From IMG/VR virus record IMGVR_UViG_3300009128_000003, positions 51,051 through 115,050 of that record: 64,000 nt of DNA; one strand, written 5' to 3'. The translations under genes and the position numbers were made by a program. This document shows positions 26,861 to 34,530 of this stretch, piece after piece. Position 1 is the first letter of the stretch, and every line of letters begins with the position of its first letter. Source of the stretch: a virus. The notes beneath the pieces were generated by a model. That model made no database searches. It was not told the origin of the DNA and worked only from the letters and a program-made list of their open reading frames with translations.

Positions 26861-29800
26861 TTATTGGTTTACTCTTGCATATCCATTTTTCTTTTCAATT
26901 ACAATTTGCATGTCAACACAGTCTTTGAGCGAATCAAGGTGCGAGATCAACAAAACGTTCTTAAAATACACTTTAATTAGTTCTAAGATCCTAATAAAAC
27001 CTTCCATATTTTCTTCATCTAATGCTGTGCCGGGCTCGTCGAGGATGAATAAGTCGCTTTTGGGCAGTGAAGAGACACTCAGAAGAGCCAAACGAATTGC
27101 CATCGCCGCCATGGTTTTCTCTGCGCCAGACGCCATTTCAATAGGGCGCTCGTCGTATAGAGGGTGCTTGATAAAGATGTCAAACTTATTACCAGAACTC
27201 TCAAAGAAAATTTCAAAATCTACAATATTTGCCAACACCTTCGCTATCTCTTGATTGATAACAGGAATCTTCTTTTTAATCACATCGTATGCAATTCCGT
27301 TTGGGTGCATGCACTGCATAAACAGATCGTAGGCTGCATATGAGTTCTGTAGTTCTTTGTATTCAGTTTGTTGCTCTCGCAAGTTTTCAATCTTTTGTTC
27401 GCAAGAACCAACGAGTTTAACGATATCTAAAGTCTCTTGTTCGCAAGTCGTTATCTCATTCTGCTTACTGTTCATGTCTTTTTGGTGCTTATCTTTTTCC
27501 TTTATAAGTTTCTCAAGATTCTCAATTGCTTCTTTATTTTCTTCGTATTCCTTAATTTGATTAGTAATATCTTTCAAAGATAATTCTATCTTAGATTTTG
27601 TAGCCTTGTTGCGCTCTCGCTTAAGCTTCAACTCAGAAATCTCTTTTTCAAAATTTAAAGACTTTATTTGTAAAGCGTTGTGTTCTTCAATCTCCAACTC
27701 GATTTCTTCGGGATTTAATGCGCTGCGGGCTTCTATGGACTTATCGCGCTCGTTAGCTGCAATATCCCTTGTGGCAACTGAGACGTGTGCATCTCTAATA
27801 AACTTGCACGTTGGGAACGAATCACCGCACGGGATTCCCTCTAGCAGCTTCTGTTTCTTAACGATACTCTCTAGTTCTTGATTTAACGAGGCAATCGTTT
27901 CATCTAATTTCTCAATCGACAACTTATTCTCAAGGTTCTTCTGGTGATCTATCGCGCCGAGTAGCTTCTCGGTTGCCGCGATTTCCTCGCTCTTGAGAGA
28001 TATGAACTGCGATTGTTCTTTGATTGTTTCGCCCAAAGCAACAATAGAATTAACTTTCTTTTTGTGCTCTTTGCGCAAGTTAGTAATGTCCACCACTTCC
28101 GAGGGAGTCGCTTTGATTTGTTCTTCCAATAAGCGCACAACATCCGTCAATGTATTAAGCTTAATACGCAAGGATTCACAGAGGCTCTTGTTCTTCTCTG
28201 ATTTGTTCTGATACTTATTCAACTCCTTCGTGGCGGCGGTGATGTCTGCCCCATAGTCTCGGTCTTCGTGCTTCTTAATCAAGACTTTGGCTTCTACCGA
28301 GTCTTCCTTGGACATCCTAAACTTCTTTTCAAAAATCTCCAGGTCCAAGAACTTAGCAATGATCTCTTTACGTCGAGTAGAGCCCTCATCAATAAATGCT
28401 AACGCACCATGCTGCGAGGCTAGCGAAGATACCATGAAATCATCGATAGAACCAAAATGCTTTCTGATAATTGCATCTGTCTGATTTCGCGTTGTTCCGT
28501 TCAGAGATGTTGTTTCTTCGGTGATGCGATCATATACTTCAAAATTCAAATCGGTTTTGGCTTCTAGGGTTTCCTCGCCCTTAAGCCTCTTAACGTACTT
28601 CTCTGATTTCCTTTCAACCGTATAGACCTTATTGTTTGACTCGATAGTGAGCTTGCCTGCGCATGAATCTCTGTTCTGATTAATGACGTTTAAGTTTTTG
28701 CGTTCGTTCTTGGACGTCGTATTAAACAAAGTATATAATGCAGCATCAATCACAGAACTCTTTCCGGAAAAGTTCTTTCCAAAGATGCCGATGATACCAC
28801 CCATATTTTCAAAATTAATTGAATTGTCTGTTCCATAATTAAACAGATTGTCAAACTCAAAGGTCTTAAGTTTCCAGTTTACATTGCGCGAGACTTCCTC
28901 TGTCTCCTCAATAATTTTGTTGTAAGCCCGATTGAGTTCATAAACTTTTTCGAGCGTCTCAGAGGGCACCTGATAGTCCTTAAGGTACTCATCGATAAGT
29001 TCTTCCTGAATCTTTGGATCTCGCAAGTTCTCGGTCTTGAGTCCGTCTGTAATATCTTCAACATTTCCGCGTTCACCGGTGGCTCTGTTCAAAAACGAGA
29101 TGCTCTCCGGTTTGAATCGGTGTTTGGCGATATCCATTGCGCGCTTCATCACATTGAGCGGAAGATTGTTGTTGCTCACCAAGCGCAGACGAGCGCCGGT
29201 TGGCACATCAATCTTGCGTGGCATGCGCCCCTTCATCGTTAAAGGAATTGTAAAGAATGGCTTTGGATTCTTAAGCACAATGGGCTCGATTTCCCAATCA
29301 TCCTTTGACTGGATATCCCAGATGAGAATCCCCTTATCATTTGTTTCGCCATGATTCTGCTGTACAGTTGAGCCGGCATACCAAACGCGACCTACTTCAT
29401 CTAAATATTGACGACGGTGAATATCGCCGAGCATGGCGAAATCAAAGTCTTCAAAGATAGTTAGAGTATCTTCGCCATTTCTCATTGTCCAGTTCATGTC
29501 AGTCTTACAGTTGCTGATTGAGCCGTGATACAGGGCGATGTTGATTTTATCAGTATCGCTTGGCTTTGTCCAATTATCTCGATCAAAGACTGAAAGCACA
29601 TTCAAACAGAACTTATCGTCTATGTGGGTTTCGCCAGATTCTTTGAGCAGATGCAGAGCTGGCAAGTTTAACGCATCTACAATCGGCGTCAATGCGTCTT
29701 GGCGACTACTATTCTTTAGATTGCCATCGTGGTTGCCCAATATAATATATGTGGGTGCAATCTCCGCTAAACTGCGGAAGAAATCAGAACACATTTCCAC

Positions 29801-29986
29801 AAACTCTGGTGAGATCTGTGTCTTTGTGTGTGCGATATCTCCGCAATGAACGATGTAATCGACTTCCTGCTCTCGCAGTGTCTGGTATAATTGTTCGAAT
29901 ACAATTCTATATTCGTAGTGATACTTCAAATTTTTGATATGAGTGTCACTGATGTGTGCAAACTTCAAACTTCCCTCCGAGCACAA
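26861..29986 (-). CDS. Mre11/SbcD-Rad50/SbcC fusion recombination nuclease (gp47+gp46-like)
   Basis: Phosphoesterase motifs DTH, GD, GNHD, HG, GDIH; Walker A GKNFSGKS; hook-like CGDSFPTC; signature ASGAE; Walker B ILDEP; ISH. Confidence 0.92.
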   Translation of the reverse strand: MCSEGSLKFAHISDTHIKNLKYHYEYRIVFEQLYQTLREQEVDYIVHCGDIAHTKTQISPEFVEMCSDFFRSLAEIAPTYIILGNHDGNLKNSSRQDALTPIVDALNLPALHLLKESGETHIDDKFCLNVLSVFDRDNWTKPSDTDKINIALYHGSISNCKTDMNWTMRNGEDTLTIFEDFDFAMLGDIHRRQYLDEVGRVWYAGSTVQQNHGETNDKGILIWDIQSKDDWEIEPIVLKNPKPFFTIPLTMKGRMPRKIDVPTGARLRLVSNNNLPLNVMKRAMDIAKHRFKPESISFLNRATGERGNVEDITDGLKTENLRDPKIQEELIDEYLKDYQVPSETLEKVYELNRAYNKIIEETEEVSRNVNWKLKTFEFDNLFNYGTDNSINFENMGGIIGIFGKNFSGKSSVIDAALYTLFNTTSKNERKNLNVINQNRDSCAGKLTIESNNKVYTVERKSEKYVKRLKGEETLEAKTDLNFEVYDRITEETTSLNGTTRNQTDAIIRKHFGSIDDFMVSSLASQHGALAFIDEGSTRRKEIIAKFLDLEIFEKKFRMSKEDSVEAKVLIKKHEDRDYGADITAATKELNKYQNKSEKNKSLCESLRIKLNTLTDVVRLLEEQIKATPSEVVDITNLRKEHKKKVNSIVALGETIKEQSQFISLKSEEIAATEKLLGAIDHQKNLENKLSIEKLDETIASLNQELESIVKKQKLLEGIPCGDSFPTCKFIRDAHVSVATRDIAANERDKSIEARSALNPEEIELEIEEHNALQIKSLNFEKEISELKLKRERNKATKSKIELSLKDITNQIKEYEENKEAIENLEKLIKEKDKHQKDMNSKQNEITTCEQETLDIVKLVGSCEQKIENLREQQTEYKELQNSYAAYDLFMQCMHPNGIAYDVIKKKIPVINQEIAKVLANIVDFEIFFESSGNKFDIFIKHPLYDERPIEMASGAEKTMAAMAIRLALLSVSSLPKSDLFILDEPGTALDEENMEGFIRILELIKVYFKNVLLISHLDSLKDCVDMQIVIEKKNGYARVNQ

Positions 29987-30004
29987 ATGTGCCTCTACTA
30001 TACA

Positions 30005-30033
30005 AGTATATCTTGTTCAGTAGAGGCTGTCAA
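30005..30033 (-). promoter_or_regulatory. Sigma70-type promoter for the Mre11-Rad50 fusion
   Basis: TTGACA-17 nt-TATACT on the minus strand in an intergenic gap. Confidence 0.85.
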
Positions 30034-30049
30034 GTATTTTTTTGTGCCA

Positions 30050-30388
30050 TTACTCAGAGGGCATATCGCCCATAAAATAATCACTTAACAGTTCCATGCT
30101 GTATATTACCTGATCTAACTCTTGAGAAAGCTCTGACGCTACTGGATCGCCTTGTTGTTGAAGGTAAAGCTTTGCGTCGTTAATTCTCGCCAGCATATGA
30201 TTGTGGTTAAGTTTGCGTTGTGATCGTTGTGTAAGAGGAGGCTCGCCAGTATCGTCGCGAGAAGGCTCGTCAGACTGCTCATAATCATCGTGAGTGATCA
30301 TGGAGTCATCGAAAGGCTTTTTCACGACGCCTTCATTGGCGACCTCTTCCGCGATAATCTTACGCAATTGTTCTTTTGTAATCTTCAT
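30050..30388 (-). CDS. Small protein with K-type leader
   Basis: MKITKEQLRKIIAEEVANEG. Confidence 0.7.
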   Translation of the reverse strand: MKITKEQLRKIIAEEVANEGVVKKPFDDSMITHDDYEQSDEPSRDDTGEPPLTQRSQRKLNHNHMLARINDAKLYLQQQGDPVASELSQELDQVIYSMELLSDYFMGDMPSE

Positions 30389-31299
30389 TTCTTTTTGTCC
30401 TTTGCCATCTTGCGGAATGTTTTGGCTAGATTATATCTCTTCGTTCCCGGCTTGCAAGTAGGTCCGCCAAACTTATCGCCGGTGCAGACACCTTCTGTGC
30501 CGCTCTTTTCAATATCTTTTTCTGCATCTTGGATCCAATCATCCTTTTCTTCTGAGGGGGCTTCTTGCATCTTTTTCTCCTCCAGTGCGGCTTCGACTTC
30601 CTCTTTAACGATCTTCAGCATGTGTTCTCTATATGTTGATTTAAGTCCGCGCATATTACTAAGGAATCCCGATTTGATCTCTTTTTTAAGCCTATCTCTA
30701 ATCCCGGGTGGTACCGGGCGATCTAAACCATATTCAATCGCGAATCGCAATTTTAATGCTTGTTCTCTGAGCACTTTTCGGGGTTCGTCGTAGTTGTCGA
30801 AGCCATCTATATACATGTCAACTGGCATCCTCTCGTACGGTCCTCCGCGAGTGGCGCCGGATACAAGCTCATCTCCTAGTGAGCCAACCTTCTTAATTAT
30901 ACGCTCGACTGCATCGTTTGTATGCCTTAAGACTTCAGAATGCCCAGATCCTCGACCTTCAGTCACTGGCTCTGATTCGGCACCTTTTACATGCTTGGCG
31001 TATTCTCTAGTAATATCAGCCAACTCCTTAAGGGCACCTTGTTCTCGGATGGGTAACCCATAAACAGTTGTGTTCTGAAAGTGTTCTGACTTCTTCTGCA
31101 CCATAAGGTTTGACAACTCAAACATTTGTTGTAGGGTTCGGGCTATTTCATTTAGCTCGTCTCTAGCGTCTCTGTGTTTGACTTTCTGAGTGTCGTCGTC
31201 TCTGCGCGCATCCATGCCGGCAAGCCGGGCTTCAAGATCCTCTATCGAACTTAGCTCTTCTTTGATGATTTGTTTAAGCTGCGTTTTTGTGATCTTCAT
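30385..31299 (-). CDS. Modular protein with K-type leader
   Basis: Start moved to MKITKTQLKQIIKEEL; internal MLKIVKEEV; terminal DWIQDA...LAKTFRKM module. Confidence 0.7.
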   Translation of the reverse strand: MKITKTQLKQIIKEELSSIEDLEARLAGMDARRDDDTQKVKHRDARDELNEIARTLQQMFELSNLMVQKKSEHFQNTTVYGLPIREQGALKELADITREYAKHVKGAESEPVTEGRGSGHSEVLRHTNDAVERIIKKVGSLGDELVSGATRGGPYERMPVDMYIDGFDNYDEPRKVLREQALKLRFAIEYGLDRPVPPGIRDRLKKEIKSGFLSNMRGLKSTYREHMLKIVKEEVEAALEEKKMQEAPSEEKDDWIQDAEKDIEKSGTEGVCTGDKFGGPTCKPGTKRYNLAKTFRKMAKDKKK

Positions 31300-31436
31300 C
31301 TTCCTTTCCACCACTTTGTCTTTTTCTTCTCCGGAGAACATTTGCTTCCCGAGGGGCACCATTTGTATATGTTGGACAAATAATTACTAAGCTCTTCTTC
31401 GATAATATCTTTAAGTCGGGATTTGGTGATTTTCAC
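31296..31436 (-). CDS. 46-aa peptide with K-type leader (below ORF-track cutoff)
   Basis: Hand translation from GTG: MKITKSRLKDIIEEELSNYLSNIYKWCPSGSKCSPEKKKTKWWKGR; AAGGA SD; ATGA overlap with next gene. Confidence 0.75.
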   Translation of the reverse strand: MKITKSRLKDIIEEELSNYLSNIYKWCPSGSKCSPEKKKTKWWKGR

Positions 31437-31451
31437 TTGTTTATTCCTTAG

Positions 31452-31964
31452 CTACTGTTCGACGATCTGGCTAACTAATATTCCGATTGCCATTAACGCC
31501 ACGCCTCCGGTTAATCCCAGCGCAAATACTGCCGGCGTGGCGACTGCTGCAGCGCCGATCATCATGATTCCGCCGGCGCCGAGTCCGGTAGCTAGGGCTG
31601 CATCCGATAATGGATTACCCCCAAGCACCCCGTCGCCTTCTTGCATTGCGTCTGCCTCCGCTGCACCTTCCTGCGCAGCGGCTTGGACTTCGGGATCCTT
31701 CGCTGCCTGTTGTACAGCAGCCATGACTGCCGGACTTTGGGCGAGGACTTGAGCAAGCTCTTGTGCTTGTGTCATGTCAGGTTCGCGAGTTTGTAATCGT
31801 GGGGTTCGACGTGCGGAGGGCGACGGTGCGCCGGCGCCTACGCCAGCAATCTCCTTCATGCGCGTGACTTCTTTTTCTTCCTTGATTACTTCTGCCTTCT
31901 CATCCATAAAGTATCGTGGGTCGATTCTCCTGACGTTTTTTCTTGGTTTTCCCCATCTGGACAT
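31452..31964 (-). CDS. Protein with IDPRYF-type leader and C-terminal hydrophobic hairpin
   Basis: RRIDPRYFMDEKAEVIKEE, RMKEIAGV, Gly/Ala-rich hydrophobic C-terminus. Confidence 0.7.
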   Translation of the reverse strand: MSRWGKPRKNVRRIDPRYFMDEKAEVIKEEKEVTRMKEIAGVGAGAPSPSARRTPRLQTREPDMTQAQELAQVLAQSPAVMAAVQQAAKDPEVQAAAQEGAAEADAMQEGDGVLGGNPLSDAALATGLGAGGIMMIGAAAVATPAVFALGLTGGVALMAIGILVSQIVEQ

Positions 31965-31974
31965 GCTGTTCTCC

Positions 31975-32913
31975 TTATAGTGCTGATAGCAAATTCAACA
32001 GTAAATAGTTGTCATTATCTATAAATACAGCGTTCTTTTTTCTTTCTTCGAAAACTTCTTTCGACATGGACCCTACGTCTTCGTAGTCCGAAACATCGAT
32101 CTTATACATTTCGATATCATATTTAAGAAGTGTTTTGATGATTTTGTTTTCTTTGTCTCGCGCATCGGGGTCGAGGGCGATGTAGATTGGGGTATCGTTT
32201 GTGACGATTTTTCGGACCAGTTCGGAACCAGTTCGTAACGTGCTACCCAAGATAGGTACAGCGTTTCCGGCGATAATAGCATCAAAAATTCCTTCGACTA
32301 AAACTAAGTCTTTGTTCCAATCGATATATAGTTCATTAAATACAATATTCTTTGAAGCCTTCGGGTTCTTATACTTGTATGAGTCGCCGTTATAGGCTCT
32401 CGCAACAAAGTAACTTACGTCTCCTTCGCTGTCAAAAGAAGGAATAACAATCCTATTACGATATTCTCCGCTAAAACAATATCCAATTTTCCATTTAAGA
32501 ATATCCGTCTTGGTAAGTCCGCGCTTTTGTAAATATCTAAGCGCATACATGCCTGTGGCGGGGATATTGTCCGAACAGAGGCTTACGAATTCTTCCGGGA
32601 GTTCCGGTTTTTCCGCGTCTTCTCGACGCTCTGGTTCCATAAAGAGATCAGCAAATCTCTCAAGATCTGACCTGTTCGTAATTTCGTCCCATTTCTGTAG
32701 TTGTGTATACGAACCAAAACGCCTAACAACACGCCTAAGATTGCGACCGCGATAATCACAAACCCAGCACTTATAAAAACCTTTATCGAGATTAACAGAG
32801 AACTTACGCTTGTGGTGATTGCAGACCGGGCACGCGAAAAGTAGTTCGCTGCCTTTGTCTGCGTAGTTTCCAATTGCTGCATGTAGGATCTTCTTCGCTT
32901 CTTTCTTATTCAT
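31975..32913 (-). CDS. DNA primase, DnaG/TOPRIM type
   Basis: Zinc finger CPVC...CWVC, RIVIP, VAR, KYKNP, VEGIFD, LDPD, D.G. Confidence 0.88.
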   Translation of the reverse strand: MNKKEAKKILHAAIGNYADKGSELLFACPVCNHHKRKFSVNLDKGFYKCWVCDYRGRNLRRVVRRFGSYTQLQKWDEITNRSDLERFADLFMEPERREDAEKPELPEEFVSLCSDNIPATGMYALRYLQKRGLTKTDILKWKIGYCFSGEYRNRIVIPSFDSEGDVSYFVARAYNGDSYKYKNPKASKNIVFNELYIDWNKDLVLVEGIFDAIIAGNAVPILGSTLRTGSELVRKIVTNDTPIYIALDPDARDKENKIIKTLLKYDIEMYKIDVSDYEDVGSMSKEVFEERKKNAVFIDNDNYLLLNLLSAL

Positions 32914-32927
32914 ATGCCCTCATATAC

Positions 32928-32956
32928 AATCTAACATATGGTGGCTTGGCTGTCAA
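32928..32956 (-). promoter_or_regulatory. Sigma70-type promoter for primase
   Basis: TTGACA-17 nt-TAGATT with TG extended -10. Confidence 0.8.
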
Positions 32957-32958
32957 GC

Positions 32959-32985
32959 AAAAAAACCCCGCCGAAGCGAGGTTTT
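32959..32985 (-). terminator. Rho-independent terminator after the PPIase gene
   Basis: Minus strand AAAACCTCGC-TTCG-GCGGGGTTTTTTT. Confidence 0.88.
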
Positions 32986-33004
32986 ATTTGCCGATCAGAA
33001 TTAA

Positions 33005-33559
33005 TCAAGCTCCAAGTGCTTGGATAATCTGAGCCTTTGTGGACTTGGTGTTGACTGGCAACCCACGGGACTTTGCAACCTCTAGAAGCTCTGCTTTTTT
33101 CATTGAAGCAGACCAGTTAGCGGTGGTAGTCTCGGACTCGGCAGACATCAACTCAATCTCAAAGGTGAGTTCTTCGCCAGCGAGGGGATGGTTCATGTCC
33201 AGAATCACATTGTCTTCTTGAAGTTCGTGAATCTTAGCAAGGAAAGGACCTGCAGGACCATTTCCTTGAATAGTTTCGCCAACTAAAAACTCGAAATCTG
33301 GACCAAATGCCGTCTTCGGTACTGGCTGGAAGGCGTTCGGATTACGTAGACCGTACGCCTCGTCCGGTGCGAGAGTAAACGTCTTTGTCTCCCCCACACT
33401 CATTCCAACAACTGCGTTGTTAAATCCGAGAATCATGCGACCAGAACCGATTTCAAAATCGAGTGTCTCGCCGCGTACCCGCGAATTATCAAATTCGGTA
33501 CCATCAGTGAGGGTACCCCTGTAGTGGACTTTTACGTTATGTCCATTTGTTACTTTCAT
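33005..33559 (-). CDS. FKBP-type peptidyl-prolyl isomerase (SlyD/SlpA-like) with C-terminal helical domain
   Basis: VKVHYRGTLTDGTEFDNS, GMSVGE, PDEAYG, DMNHPLAGEELTFEIEL; tail MKKAELLEVAKSRGL....TKAQIIQAL. Confidence 0.9.
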   Translation of the reverse strand: MKVTNGHNVKVHYRGTLTDGTEFDNSRVRGETLDFEIGSGRMILGFNNAVVGMSVGETKTFTLAPDEAYGLRNPNAFQPVPKTAFGPDFEFLVGETIQGNGPAGPFLAKIHELQEDNVILDMNHPLAGEELTFEIELMSAESETTTANWSASMKKAELLEVAKSRGLPVNTKSTKAQIIQALGA

Positions 33560-33595
33560 TTTATCTCCTAGGTATGATGAAAGATCATCTTATGT

Positions 33596-33624
33596 ATATT
33601 AACATCGTTTAAATAGCTCGTCAA
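33596..33624 (-). promoter_or_regulatory. Sigma70-type promoter for the PPIase
   Basis: TTGACG-17 nt-TAATAT with TG extended -10. Confidence 0.7.
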
Positions 33625-34187
33625 GCTTTTTCTTGATTATTTTGTTCTACCCTATAGCCAGCTTTGGCAACTATGATAGCATCAGCCCTATCATAGGACT
33701 CTGGCTTCGGGTTTCCGTGCTTGGTATACTCAATACTAAATGCTGGCTCATTCTCCAATAAGTGCTGCAGCACAACTTGTTTTGCCTTTTGTCCTCTCGG
33801 GACTTTAATGCCAGCTTGCTTGCGTGCGGATGAGGCGCCAATGAACTTTGGTTTGATCTCAAACAATTCATAAATTAACCACGATACGATTCCATTAAAG
33901 CGAGTGAGAGTTGATAGGGTTTTGGCGGACGATTTTCCGCCCATGAACATATGAAGAGACTGCTCAATATAAATGTGTTCAATGGGATATTCTGAGGATC
34001 CCACAAAGGCTTCATTATCGCACTGGTACATCTCGAACAAGTCTAAAAGCTTTTCTTTCAACACAATAGTCTTTTCAAATATATCCTTATACTTCCTCAA
34101 ATCAACTGAATCATAATAAAGAATCTGGTCGTCAGCAACAATAGCAAAGCCAGTGATGCTGGTTGAAATGTCAACCCCTAAAATCAT
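33621..34187 (-). CDS. RuvC-like Holliday junction resolvase
   Basis: ILGVDISTSITGFAI, YIEQ, DRADA catalytic pattern. Confidence 0.8.
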   Translation of the reverse strand: MILGVDISTSITGFAIVADDQILYYDSVDLRKYKDIFEKTIVLKEKLLDLFEMYQCDNEAFVGSSEYPIEHIYIEQSLHMFMGGKSSAKTLSTLTRFNGIVSWLIYELFEIKPKFIGASSARKQAGIKVPRGQKAKQVVLQHLLENEPAFSIEYTKHGNPKPESYDRADAIIVAKAGYRVEQNNQEKA

Positions 34188-34188
34188 T

Positions 34189-34530
34189 TTATACCTTGTA
34201 GTTTTTCCAGCTATATGACTGTCGAGTGTCTAAATAAGTTTGCGTATACATGTGTTCGTAAGCTTCTTGTTCAAATCTAATCTGAAAATATGCTTTGTTT
34301 TTGTCTCTGTATTTCACAAAGCCTCTTAGGTGGTCCCAGCCATACAATATATAAAAGAATACCACAAGTAATTCTTTTTGTTGAGCGATATGTATACTTT
34401 CGTGATTTAAAACGTCTTCGGACATTTCTTCTCGCGCAATTATAAAGGGATATAGGGTAATGGCGCAGATATCGATTACCCACGATATCGCTTTGAGAAA
34501 CCTTGGTGCTAAAATTACAATGGGCTTCAT
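34189..34530 (-). CDS. Small HExxH metallopeptidase-like protein
   Basis: LNHESIHIAQQKE and FEQEAY. Confidence 0.55.
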   Translation of the reverse strand: MKPIVILAPRFLKAISWVIDICAITLYPFIIAREEMSEDVLNHESIHIAQQKELLVVFFYILYGWDHLRGFVKYRDKNKAYFQIRFEQEAYEHMYTQTYLDTRQSYSWKNYKV

